Source: Thermoprotei archaeon (GTDB lineage: Archaea; Thermoproteota; Thermoprotei; Thermoproteales; B15-G16). Taken from it: 64,000 nt of DNA. Each line of letters starts with the position of its first letter. The stretch's first letter is position 1. Positions 47,809 to 57,285 of this stretch are shown here, piece after piece. The translations under genes were made by a program, and so were the position numbers. The notes below the pieces were generated by a model. The model worked only from the letters and a program-made list of their open reading frames with translations. It was not told where the DNA came from and did no database searches. The stretch covers positions 259,482 through 323,481 of the forward strand of contig QMRC01000002.1 of assembly GCA_003649205.1 (NCBI GenBank). The letters run 5' to 3'.

Positions 47809-48139
47809 GTGGAGTCTTGGTTATCACTATAGGTCTTCTCTCGACAAGTGCCTTCGCTATCTTACTCCTAGCACTCTCAAGACATCTCCAAAGCGTGCCA
47901 CGTGAAATACCCATTCTCTGAGCAGCTTCACTCTGAGTTAGGTGTTCCAGATAGACCAATCTAAAGGCTTCTAATTCATCCGGTGTTAGGTACACTGGCT
48001 CATTCTGTACAGGTACTCCGCCTTCAAATGGTATGAACACTACATCCTTTATATTGATTGATATGTGTCTAGGTACAGGTGGTCTCCCTCTTCTTCCTCT
48101 TCTCCAACACCAATGCCATCCTGGTGGTGTTGCCATCAT
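47795..48139 (-). CDS. DUF134 DNA-binding protein
   Basis: RGRP, ELEAFRLV and MGISRGTLWR. Confidence 0.9.
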   Translation of the reverse strand: MMATPPGWHWCWRRGRRGRPPVPRHISINIKDVVFIPFEGGVPVQNEPVYLTPDELEAFRLVYLEHLTQSEAAQRMGISRGTLWRCLESARSKIAKALVERRPIVITKTPPIQQ

Positions 48140-48221
48140 GTACTCATCAAGACCTCGAGTGAGTACTTACCTGTGGTCTGATTAAAACGTTAATTTTAGA
48201 CGTGGACTAAGTTTTACCTAG

Positions 48222-48270
48222 GTGATGAGTGAGCTGGGTACTGAGTAGTGAGGAGATGAAACCCCACTGA
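48222..48270 (+). ncRNA. Box C/D sRNA
   Basis: GTGATGA-gtgagctgggta-CTGA-GTGAGGA-gatgaaacccca-CTGA. Confidence 0.88.
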
Positions 48271-48303
48271 TAAGTGCTTAAGCTATGAGTGCGGTGAGTT
48301 TGC

Positions 48304-49215
48304 ATGTCCAGTAGGTATATAGTAAGGATATTTACTTTGCTGGCTATAGTGGTCTTTGTAGTGGCATCTCTCTGGTATATCACCTACATGTCAAGACCTA
48401 GCAGGTCTACTGCACCAACTACTAGAGTAGGTGTTATGTCCATAGGTTCACTAAAGTCTACTAAGATCACCATTCTTGTCGATAACAATCCATACAATGA
48501 TTTGGTAGCAGTATGGGGTCTTAGTGTACTTATTGAGTTACCTAGTGGAGAATGCCTACTATTTGATTGCGGTCCTTCACCTACTGCACTTCTCGAGAAC
48601 TGCAAGAAATTAGGTATTGAAATAGATCGTGTAAGGTATATTGTCCTCTCTCATGAACATGGCGACCATGTTGGTGGTATCACAGCATTATCTAGCTTAA
48701 GTAAATCCATTACTGTATTCGTACCTAATGGATTTCCTCTAACCTTAATTCATGAGCTGAAATCGACTGGATTTAGGGTTACCATAGTTAACTCAACATA
48801 CCTCATTACGAGTGGTGTAGCTATTGTAGGGCCTTTTAGAGCGGGTACACTGAGTGAACAGGTACTGGTCCTCAATGTAAGTGGTGTAGGTTTAGTTGTA
48901 GTAACTGGCTGTGCACATCCGGGCATAGAAAACATAGTCACGAGTATTTCAGAGACCCTTAGTGAGAGCATATTCTTAGTTGTAGGTGGTTTCCACCTAG
49001 TTGGAGCTGATGTAGTGAGGTTGAGTAAGGTAGCTCACACATTCGAGAAGCTCAATGTAAAGTACGTTGTACCAATTCACTGTAGTGGTGATAGAGCTAG
49101 GGAGTTCCTACGATCTAGGCTAGGTAATAGAGTAGTACTCGGTCACGTAGGTACATATATTGAGGTATCGAGTAAGGGTATCACCATCAAGGACTTACCA
49201 CCAGGAGTAGGGTAA
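48304..49215 (+). CDS. MBL-fold hydrolase with N-terminal membrane anchor
   Basis: SHEHGDHVGG, TGCAHPG, GGFH and HCSG; hydrophobic N-terminus. Confidence 0.85.
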   Translation: MSSRYIVRIFTLLAIVVFVVASLWYITYMSRPSRSTAPTTRVGVMSIGSLKSTKITILVDNNPYNDLVAVWGLSVLIELPSGECLLFDCGPSPTALLENCKKLGIEIDRVRYIVLSHEHGDHVGGITALSSLSKSITVFVPNGFPLTLIHELKSTGFRVTIVNSTYLITSGVAIVGPFRAGTLSEQVLVLNVSGVGLVVVTGCAHPGIENIVTSISETLSESIFLVVGGFHLVGADVVRLSKVAHTFEKLNVKYVVPIHCSGDRAREFLRSRLGNRVVLGHVGTYIEVSSKGITIKDLPPGVG

Positions 49216-49256
49216 AAGCTGTAATTTCAGTTTTTTAGCAATTCTCCTAAACGCCA

Positions 49257-49305
49257 TCAGCTTCTCGACTACTCATCAACACTCAGCTGAGGTGCGACTC
49301 ATCAC
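49257..49305 (-). ncRNA. Box C/D sRNA
   Basis: GTGATGA-gtcgcacctcag-CTGA-TTGATGA-gtagtcgagaag-CTGA. Confidence 0.88.
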
Positions 49306-49363
49306 TACCCAGTGCAGACCTTGGAAAAAGGTAAATTTGGTGCCAAATCAACAATATAGATCA

Positions 49364-49419
49364 GTGATGAGTTTGCTTAGCCCCACCTGACGAGCGGTGA
49401 GGAATCCGGCAGGAGCTGA
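49364..49419 (+). ncRNA. Box C/D sRNA, double guide to the 16S 5' region
   Basis: GTGATGA-gtttgcttagccccac-CTGA-GTGAGGA-atccggcaggag-CTGA; guides complement GUGGGGCUAAGC and UCCUGCCGGA. Confidence 0.9.
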
Positions 49420-49429
49420 TTCTCTACAT

Positions 49430-50310
49430 CTACTTCCTGACTCTGATTGCTACTACCGTTGCATTTACTGAGGTATTGAATGCATCGGCTATGGGCTTGC
49501 ACTTAGCTTTAAGGAGATATGTGATAGGTGTAGTCCAATGAAGCTCATCTACAGCCTCAAAGTTAGCCATACCCTTACACACGACGATGTCACTTCTACT
49601 AACAAGTTCATCAACTACCTCGCTATAATGTCCCTTCACTAGACTTGAGAAGTACTTAGTTCCTCCATCAACTACATTTGCGAATTCATCAAAACCTAGT
49701 TCTAGTAATTCTCCATAGGTTACATCGTTTTGAAAGGGTTCTGACTTACCAATAACATAGATTTCACAGCTTGGATTAACGCGGCGTTTTACATACCTCA
49801 GTAACTCCCTATCAAATATGACCTTGCACAGTTATCTGGTATGAAGACTATGGACTTAGCTCTTTTGATGTACCTATAGAGCTTATCAATTTCATCTATC
49901 TTAGGCTCCTCCAGAAGTACCTCACTTAATCTCTCTATGGAGAAGCTATAGGTTGCTACACCTGGGTCAATAGCATTTGCACTTACTGAAGCAATTACTA
50001 ACTTCCTAAAGATCTCATACTCATTGCCACAGTAAAGCAGATCTCTAACCCTACGTAGTACATCCTCAGCAATTTCATTACACCTCTTCTTATACTCACG
50101 GTAGGGATCGTATCCAATGTATGCACGAACTATCCTGTAGGCTTCACTAGCTACAACAACTGTTAACGCATTTGGTGATGCTAATTCAAATATCTTATTC
50201 GCCACTAGCTTCAGTACATGAAACTTCTCCTCATCACTTAAGTCACTACTCAGGATTTCTCTAGCTCTAACACTGAGTATGCAAACAGGACACTCAGGTC
50301 TACACCTCAT
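49430..50310 (-). pseudogene. DUF89/ARMT1-like damage-control phosphatase with one frameshift
   Basis: DPY..K, ANAID and DNC in one frame; VIFD, QNDVT, KGMANFE and LKAKC in the next; 1-nt loss near 49824. Confidence 0.85.
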
Positions 50311-50371
50311 AGCAACCACTAGAGTTGAAGGCAAAAAGCAGAGAGCTTATAATCCTTTCTACATTAGGTAC

Positions 50372-51529
50372 CTACTTAACTCTACGGAGGATAGCAACAG
50401 TAACAGTAGTCCCTACACCGCCAATACTCTGTACGAGACCTATCTCTGGTGATGGCACCTGCATACTACCCGCTTTCTCCATCAGCTGTAGAGCTACCTC
50501 AGCTACCTGATACACACCAGTAGCACCAACAGGGTGACCACGAGCCTTAAGTCCACCACTTGGGTTAACTGATGGCTTTCCACCTGGATCAAATACACCT
50601 TCCTTGAGCAGCTTCACAGCTTCTCCTCGCCTTGAAAAGCCAAGATCTTCAATATCTATGAACCCAAGTACAGAGAAAGCATCGTGCACTTCAGCAACAT
50701 CTACATCTCTAGGCTCCACCTTGGCCATTCTATACGCACGTTCAGCAGCTTTGACAGTAGCTGTGAAGCTAGCTATATCTGGTCTCTGCGCAAGGTACAT
50801 GTAGTCAGTAGAGCAGGCTATACCAGCAACCTCAACAACAGCATCACTTACTCTACGAGCTTCCTCTAGTGGACACAGCACGACTGCTGCAGCACCATCC
50901 GATATAGGAGCACAGTCAAGCACTCTAATTGGATCAGCTATGAGCGGAGACTTCAGTACATCGTCAACCGTTATTCGCTTATGGAACTGCGCATGAGGAC
51001 ACTTCATAGCATTTTCATGCATTTTCACAGGCCAGAGAGCCATGTCCTCTCTAGTCACATTGTACTTCCTCATGTAGTACCTCATGATTAGTGCATTGAG
51101 TGCTGTGAAGCTAGTACCGTAGAATAGCTCGTAATCTGCATCAGCAGCCTTCGCTAGAGCATACGTAACCTCACGTGTAGTAGCTTCTGTCAGCTTCTCA
51201 ACACCACCAACCAAGACGTAGTCGTAGAGACCTGATGCAACTGCCATGTACCCTGTCAAGAGAGCAACACCACCCGAACCACAAGCCGCCTCCACCTTAA
51301 ATGCAGCTCTACCACACAGACCACAGTAATCAGCTAGCAACGCACCTAGAGAATCTTGATCACACAAGCTAGATGAACACATGTTACCAACGATGATAGC
51401 TTCAATCTCTGGACAACCAGCATCCTCAATAGCTCTCACAGCTGCTTCATAGAATAGCTCCCTCAAGCCTTTATCGAAGTGCCTACCAACCTTAGTCAAC
51501 CCAATACCTACAATAGCTACCTTCCTCAC
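50372..51529 (-). CDS. Acetoacetyl-CoA thiolase
   Basis: VEAACGSG, EVHDAF and GHPVGATG. Confidence 0.93.
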   Translation of the reverse strand: MRKVAIVGIGLTKVGRHFDKGLRELFYEAAVRAIEDAGCPEIEAIIVGNMCSSSLCDQDSLGALLADYCGLCGRAAFKVEAACGSGGVALLTGYMAVASGLYDYVLVGGVEKLTEATTREVTYALAKAADADYELFYGTSFTALNALIMRYYMRKYNVTREDMALWPVKMHENAMKCPHAQFHKRITVDDVLKSPLIADPIRVLDCAPISDGAAAVVLCPLEEARRVSDAVVEVAGIACSTDYMYLAQRPDIASFTATVKAAERAYRMAKVEPRDVDVAEVHDAFSVLGFIDIEDLGFSRRGEAVKLLKEGVFDPGGKPSVNPSGGLKARGHPVGATGVYQVAEVALQLMEKAGSMQVPSPEIGLVQSIGGVGTTVTVAILRRVK

Positions 51530-51539
51530 GTACCATCAC

Positions 51540-52604
51540 CTACCTCACATACCTAATAATTCTCCTAAACCTAGCATAGAGACCATAGTCAATGTAGGTC
51601 TTGTCATTGACGTAATCTCTAACAGTTGGTGCTAAGTTCTTCCTCTCCTCAATACCATCCTTCACAATCAAGGAAATAGCATCTGAACCCGCACCTGATC
51701 CATATGAGACGACGAGTATCCTCTCACCAGGTTTAGCGACGTCGAGTACAGCAGCTAAACCAAGGAGACTCGACGCAGCGTAGGTATTACCTATTTCAGG
51801 AGCTAGTAGACCCGGAAGTACTTTCTCCTTCGGTATACCCAGCATAGCTGCTGCCCTCAGTGGAAATGCGCCATTTGGCTGGTGGAATACCACATAGTTG
51901 AAGTCACTAGCTCTCAACCCAAGTTGACTCATTAGCTCTCTTGCAGCATTGACCACGTGTCTGAAGTACGCTGGATCACCAGTAAATGCCTCAGCATGTT
52001 TAGGGTATGGAGATAGCTCTCTACGCCAGAAATCAGGTGTGTCGGTTACATAGGATACGGAACCCTCAATAGAGGCTACTGCTCTCGAGTCATCAGGTCC
52101 AAGTACGTAGGCTGCACCACCTGAAGCTGCTGAGAACTCAAGGTGGTCACCAGGATTTGCCTGTGCTGTATCTGCTCCAATAGCTAGGGCGTACTCAACC
52201 ATACCACTCGCAACGAGTCCTGTACATATCTGAAACGCTTCTGTACCTGCCTTACAAGCAAATTCAATATCTGCAGCCAATACGTGAGGAGTAGCACCTA
52301 TAGCCTCAGCAACTATGGTAGCTGTTGGCTTAACAGCATACGGTTTGGACTCGGTACCAACGTACACAGCACCTACCTTACTACCTTCGATACTAGCTCT
52401 CTTAAGAGCATTCTTAGCAGCCTCAACAGCTATGGTAGCTACATCTTCATCGATGCCGGCGACAGCTTTCTCCTTAAGCATCAAGCTCTTGACGTAGTAA
52501 TTCACGTCATAACCCCAAATCCTAGCAATCTCCTCAACCTTAATCCTGTACCTAGGAATGTACACACCCCAACCATGAATGCCAACACCAACTCTCGTCC
52601 TCAC
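51540..52604 (-). CDS. Hydroxymethylglutaryl-CoA synthase
   Basis: [21 protein letters not shown] and GNTY. Confidence 0.95.
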   Translation of the reverse strand: MRTRVGVGIHGWGVYIPRYRIKVEEIARIWGYDVNYYVKSLMLKEKAVAGIDEDVATIAVEAAKNALKRASIEGSKVGAVYVGTESKPYAVKPTATIVAEAIGATPHVLAADIEFACKAGTEAFQICTGLVASGMVEYALAIGADTAQANPGDHLEFSAASGGAAYVLGPDDSRAVASIEGSVSYVTDTPDFWRRELSPYPKHAEAFTGDPAYFRHVVNAARELMSQLGLRASDFNYVVFHQPNGAFPLRAAAMLGIPKEKVLPGLLAPEIGNTYAASSLLGLAAVLDVAKPGERILVVSYGSGAGSDAISLIVKDGIEERKNLAPTVRDYVNDKTYIDYGLYARFRRIIRYVR

Positions 52605-52609
52605 CTAAC

Positions 52610-53014
52610 TCACCTCTTTGGTCTAAACTTGAGAGCATACATCACAATACCAAAGTCACCATCCTCTCTAACGCGACGGAAAGTAGCTACAACTTCAGTA
52701 CCGGGCTTTAGCTCAGTAACATCACAGTCCACTACTTGAGTAAGTACTCTAGTACCATCCCTCAACTTAACAATACCAACTACGTAAGGTGTGTAGTAAT
52801 CGAAGCCACTAGGTGGCGTCCTGATGATGGTGAACTCTTCTAGAACACCTTCAGTGGGCAGCTCAATTAACTCTAAGTCACGTGAGTAACAGATAGGACA
52901 ACACCTTCTCGGTGGGAACCAAGTCCTTCCACATCCTCTACACTTGGAACCCACTAGTCTATAGTAGCTGGGTATGTTTCTCCAGTACCTCGGTACGGAT
53001 GCCACTGTACGCAA
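52610..53014 (-). CDS. DUF35 Zn-ribbon/OB-fold scaffold of the thiolase-HMGS complex
   Basis: CRGCG..FPPR..CPIC and YALKFRP; cluster context. Confidence 0.92.
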   Translation of the reverse strand: MRTVASVPRYWRNIPSYYRLVGSKCRGCGRTWFPPRRCCPICYSRDLELIELPTEGVLEEFTIIRTPPSGFDYYTPYVVGIVKLRDGTRVLTQVVDCDVTELKPGTEVVATFRRVREDGDFGIVMYALKFRPKR

Positions 53015-53095
53015 TCCTCCTTGCAGTTGTCGAGTCTGACTTCGACAGTGACTTTTATATATAAGTTTAGGTCAAGTCATGTACAAAGATCTTAG

Positions 53096-54352
53096 GTGTT
53101 ATTGATGAAGCGACATGATATAGTTGATGAGTTTGTTCAGGAGATAATCGATGGTAGGGTTAAGCTTCATGAGGTTGAGAGACTTGTTAATGGTGATTCG
53201 AATCTAGCTACTGTCATTAGGAGGAGATTTCTTGAGAAGGTACTTGGTGTAGAGCTCAAGAACATTGGTACGTACAGTATTGATTTCAATGAAGTTGTTG
53301 GTCGTAATTGTGAGAATACCATTGGAGTTACTCAGGTACCGCTGGGTATCGTAGGTCCCTTACGAGTTCTCGGCGATTATGCGAGAGGGGACTTCTACGT
53401 ACCTCTTGCTACAACAGAAGGAGCGTTAGTTGCATCAGTGAATAGGGGTTGCAAGGCTATTACCCTCTCTGGTGGTGCTAGGGTTAAGGTATTGAGAGAT
53501 TCAATGGCAAGAGCACCTGTCTTCGAGCTACCTAGTGTTGAGGATGTACCTAAGTTCATTGAGTGGGTTAGATCTCACTTCAATGAGCTTAAGAAGGTAG
53601 CTGAGTCAACTACTAGGTACGGTAAGTTGATTGAGATCACACCATTTGTTGCTGGTAAATTCGTGTGGTTGAGGTTTAGCTTCACAACTGGTGATGCTAT
53701 GGGTATGAACATGGTCACCATAGCTACTGATAGAGCTGTTAAGTACATCGAGGAGGAATTTCCAGGAGCTAGATGCATATCGTTGTCAGGTAATATGTGT
53801 GTTGATAAGAAGCCTACATCACTCAACGTAGTTCTTGGTCGTGGGAAGACTGTAACAGCTGAAGCCACTATTAGGAGAGATGTCGTGGAGAAAGTTCTGA
53901 AGACCAGTCCTGAAGCTATAGCTAAGGTAAATACTGTCAAGAACCTACTGGGTAGTGCCTACGCTGGTTCTCTAAGTTTTAATGCCCACTTCGCAAATAT
54001 AATTGCAGCGATATTCATAGCTACAGGACAGGATGTTGCTCAGATTGTTGAGAGTTCTCTAGGATTTACCTACGTTGAGGTAGTGAATGGAGATCTCTAC
54101 ATCTCTGTAACATTACCATCTCTCGAGGTTGGTACTGTTGGTGGTGGAACGAGATTACCTACACAGATGGAGGCACTCAAGATACTTGGTTGTCAGGGAT
54201 CTGGAAATCCGCCAGGTACAAACGCACTGAAGTTTGCTGAGATAGTTTGCGCTACTGTACTTGCAGGTGAGTTGAGTTTACTAGCTGCTTTAGCTGCTGG
54301 TCATCTAGCTGAGGCACATGTGAAGCTAGGTAGGGGTGGAGTACGTGGCTGA
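53096..54352 (+). CDS. hmgA: HMG-CoA reductase (class I)
   Basis: [21 protein letters not shown] and GTVGGGT. Confidence 0.96.
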   Translation: MLLMKRHDIVDEFVQEIIDGRVKLHEVERLVNGDSNLATVIRRRFLEKVLGVELKNIGTYSIDFNEVVGRNCENTIGVTQVPLGIVGPLRVLGDYARGDFYVPLATTEGALVASVNRGCKAITLSGGARVKVLRDSMARAPVFELPSVEDVPKFIEWVRSHFNELKKVAESTTRYGKLIEITPFVAGKFVWLRFSFTTGDAMGMNMVTIATDRAVKYIEEEFPGARCISLSGNMCVDKKPTSLNVVLGRGKTVTAEATIRRDVVEKVLKTSPEAIAKVNTVKNLLGSAYAGSLSFNAHFANIIAAIFIATGQDVAQIVESSLGFTYVEVVNGDLYISVTLPSLEVGTVGGGTRLPTQMEALKILGCQGSGNPPGTNALKFAEIVCATVLAGELSLLAALAAGHLAEAHVKLGRGGVRG

Positions 54353-55175
54353 TGTGGAGCTACTCGGTGCTGGTGAGTACAGAGTGGTTAGTAGTGATGA
54401 AGCTACGTACCGCTACCTCAGCTACCTAGTGAATGCTGTTGTCGGTAATTCACTTGAGGAGCCTGTCATTGAAGTGCTCGGTAGTTCTCTCAGGATCAAA
54501 TTCAGGAGGTCAACCATTGTCTGCATTGGTTGCTGTACCGAAGTACGTACGTTACTTGCAGGTAGAGAAGTACCTAAGTGGAGAGCAGTACCTGTACTAC
54601 CTAATCAAGAACTTGAGATTGACTGTCTAGGTACCTACATCGCTTACATAGGTGTTAGAGGTCTATCAATTAGTGAAGACAGAATTATAGTGACATCAGA
54701 GGTACGTGATCCTGATGAGCGTGAGCTATTAGCTAGGTATGTACCGAGTAAGTACGTTAGTGTGGGTACTGAGGTACCTGTACTACTTTTCGGTGGTGTA
54801 GACTATACAGACGATGTCACTATTGAGCATAAATTCGAGGGTAGACCTATCATAGTGATGAGATCTGAGCAACGTAACGTGAAGTACCTACTAGATCCAG
54901 TGAACTGCCAGCTAATTCTCGACAATTCGGTTGTTGGCGTTATTCCTGAAATCTACGTAAATCTACTAGCTATAGTACCTAGAGGGTCATCCCTTAAACT
55001 AGTCTTCAGCACTGAAGTTCCCGAGCTTCCAACGCCTAGAGAATTGGCTCACCAAGTAAAGAAGGTTATTGAATCCTCTACTGAAGCTGCTAGACGTGGT
55101 GCTGAGTTAATTCGTGTTCGTATCAATGGTGTTGAGTACGATGTTTGGATTGAGGATTTAGGTGCTGCGTGGTGA
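54336..55175 (+). CDS. Uncharacterised protein with an AHS2/PxpC-like N-terminus
   Basis: VNAVVGN..PVIE and YIGVRG resemble AHS2; C-terminal [14 protein letters not shown] resembles biotin-carrier N-terminal hairpins. Confidence 0.45.
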   Translation: MEYVADVELLGAGEYRVVSSDEATYRYLSYLVNAVVGNSLEEPVIEVLGSSLRIKFRRSTIVCIGCCTEVRTLLAGREVPKWRAVPVLPNQELEIDCLGTYIAYIGVRGLSISEDRIIVTSEVRDPDERELLARYVPSKYVSVGTEVPVLLFGGVDYTDDVTIEHKFEGRPIIVMRSEQRNVKYLLDPVNCQLILDNSVVGVIPEIYVNLLAIVPRGSSLKLVFSTEVPELPTPRELAHQVKKVIESSTEAARRGAELIRVRINGVEYDVWIEDLGAAW

Positions 55176-55179
55176 CTTC

Positions 55180-56733
55180 ATGAGTATTCAGGAGAAGTTG
55201 AGTGAACTTCGTAGATTGAAGGAATTGGCTAAGCTTGGCGGAGGCCCCGAAGCCATTAGGAAGCAGCATGAGAAGGGTAAGTTAACAGCTCGTGAGAGAT
55301 TGGAGTTGCTCCTCGATGAGGGTAGTTTCATTGAGCTAGATATGTTCATTCAGCATAGGTGTACTGAGTTCGGTATGGAGAGTAGGAGGGTTTTAGGTGA
55401 TGGTGTTGTTGCTGGTCTAGGTACTATTGATGGTAGACCAGTTGCTGTGTATGCTCAGGACTTCACCTTCATGGGTGGTAGCGTTGGTGAGATGCATGCG
55501 AAGAAGATAGCTATGTTAATCGACTTAGCGCTTAAGCTGGGTATTCCTGTCATTGGATTAAATGACTCGGGTGGTGCTAGAATTCAGGAAGGTGTTGACT
55601 CTCTTGCAGGTTATGGTGAGATCTTCTACAGAAATGTCATGGCGTCTGGCGTTATTCCTCAGATAGTAGCAATACTTGGACCCTGTGCTGGAGGTGCTGT
55701 TTACTCACCGGCTCTCTCAGACTTCATATTCATCGTCAAGAAGATAGCGTTCATGTATATTACAGGTCCTAGAGTAGTTAAGGCAGCAACTGGTGAGGAG
55801 GTTACTCATGAGGAGCTAGGTGGTGCTGATGTACATGCAACGCGATCTGGTGTTGTACACTTTGTCTACGATAGTGAGGAGGAGTGTATTGAGGGTATTC
55901 GAAAACTACTATCATACCTACCACTCAATAACATGGATGACCCACCATACGTAGATACTGGAGATGACCCTGAGAGAAGGGATTACGAGCTAGATAACAT
56001 GGTGCCAGCAGATCCGTACGAGATTTACGACATGTACGAAGTAATCGAGAGAGTTGTCGATAGAGGAACATTCTTTGAAGTACAGAAGCACTTCGCACCG
56101 AATGCTATAGTCGGTTTCGCTAGATTAGGTGGTTACGTTGTTGGTGTAGTAGCTAACCAACCTAAGTACCTAGGTGGTTGCCTAGATATCGACTCAGCTG
56201 ATAAGATAGCTAGGTTTGTGCTCTTCTGCGATGCATTCAACATACCGATAATAACGTTTGTTGATGTTCCAGGTTTCTTACCAGGAACAGATCAAGAGCA
56301 TAGAGGTGTCATTAGACACGGTGCTAAGGTAGTGTATGCCTACTCAGTAGCCACTGTACCCAAGATAACGGTCATAGTTAGGAAAGCTTATGGTGGAGGA
56401 TACATAGCGATGGGTTCAAAGCACCTAGGTGCAGATGTGGTCCTTGCATGGCCAACAGCAGAGATAGCCGTTATGGGACCTGAAGGAGCTATCGAGATCA
56501 TCTACAGAAAGGAACTAGCAAAAGCAGATAATCCTCAAGAACTTGTCAAGAAGTTCGTACAAGAGTACAGGAGAAGGTACGCAAATCCATACATAGCAGC
56601 TTCTCGAGGCTACATAGATGATGTAATAGAGCCATCAGAAACGAGACCTCTACTGATTAAACTCCTACGCCTACTCAAGAGGAAGAGAAGCATCAGGAGG
56701 TTACCGAAGAAACATGAGGTCCCACCTCTCTAG
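55180..56733 (+). CDS. Acyl-CoA carboxylase carboxyltransferase subunit (PccB/MmdA-like)
   Basis: GKLTARER, DSGGARIQEG, GPCAGGA and RKAYGG. Confidence 0.93.
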   Translation: MSIQEKLSELRRLKELAKLGGGPEAIRKQHEKGKLTARERLELLLDEGSFIELDMFIQHRCTEFGMESRRVLGDGVVAGLGTIDGRPVAVYAQDFTFMGGSVGEMHAKKIAMLIDLALKLGIPVIGLNDSGGARIQEGVDSLAGYGEIFYRNVMASGVIPQIVAILGPCAGGAVYSPALSDFIFIVKKIAFMYITGPRVVKAATGEEVTHEELGGADVHATRSGVVHFVYDSEEECIEGIRKLLSYLPLNNMDDPPYVDTGDDPERRDYELDNMVPADPYEIYDMYEVIERVVDRGTFFEVQKHFAPNAIVGFARLGGYVVGVVANQPKYLGGCLDIDSADKIARFVLFCDAFNIPIITFVDVPGFLPGTDQEHRGVIRHGAKVVYAYSVATVPKITVIVRKAYGGGYIAMGSKHLGADVVLAWPTAEIAVMGPEGAIEIIYRKELAKADNPQELVKKFVQEYRRRYANPYIAASRGYIDDVIEPSETRPLLIKLLRLLKRKRSIRRLPKKHEVPPL

Positions 56734-56929
56734 GGATTACTGTGATGATGAATTAATTGTCGCACTCGCTTCCGCAATAGCACTCTACATGGTACAGAGA
56801 TCTAGAGCACCAAGAGTTAAGAAATCGAAATCACATAGCACACACCACTATATGGATACCGAGGAAGTAGTTACTAACCACGATAGTTGGCATATCCTTG
56901 GTAGATTACTTGAACTGTGTAGTGTATGA
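56714..56929 (+). CDS. Small carboxylase accessory subunit (epsilon/OadG C-terminal-like)
   Basis: ELIVALASAIALY and SWHILGR motifs; operon context. Confidence 0.6.
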   Translation: MRSHLSRDYCDDELIVALASAIALYMVQRSRAPRVKKSKSHSTHHYMDTEEVVTNHDSWHILGRLLELCSV

Positions 56930-57282
56930 AGAGGAGGTTTAGAGTGGTTATTGATGGTAAAGTATTCGAAGTTGAGGTCGAGGATAACGTACTTAATAAT
57001 GTACGTGAGTTACTGAGGACAATTCTTCAGCAGTGTAGACCCGGTATTACTAGAGCTGAGGTTGGTGTTATTACCTCTCCAATACCTGCTAGAGTGGTCG
57101 AGGTTAGAGTAGCTGAGGGTTGTGAAGTCAAGGTTGGTGATGTAGTTACCATTCTCGAGTCTATGAAGTCAATAATCGAGGTCAAAGCACCTATGTCAGG
57201 AATAGTGACTAAGGTCTTCGTTAAACCTGGTCAAGTAGTTAAGAAAGGTGATCCACTGGTCAAGATTGAGGTGAGGAGGTAA
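56926..57282 (+). CDS. Biotin carboxyl carrier protein
   Basis: LESMKS biotinylation motif. Confidence 0.92.
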   Translation: MKRRFRVVIDGKVFEVEVEDNVLNNVRELLRTILQQCRPGITRAEVGVITSPIPARVVEVRVAEGCEVKVGDVVTILESMKSIIEVKAPMSGIVTKVFVKPGQVVKKGDPLVKIEVRR

Positions 57283-57285
57283 TTC

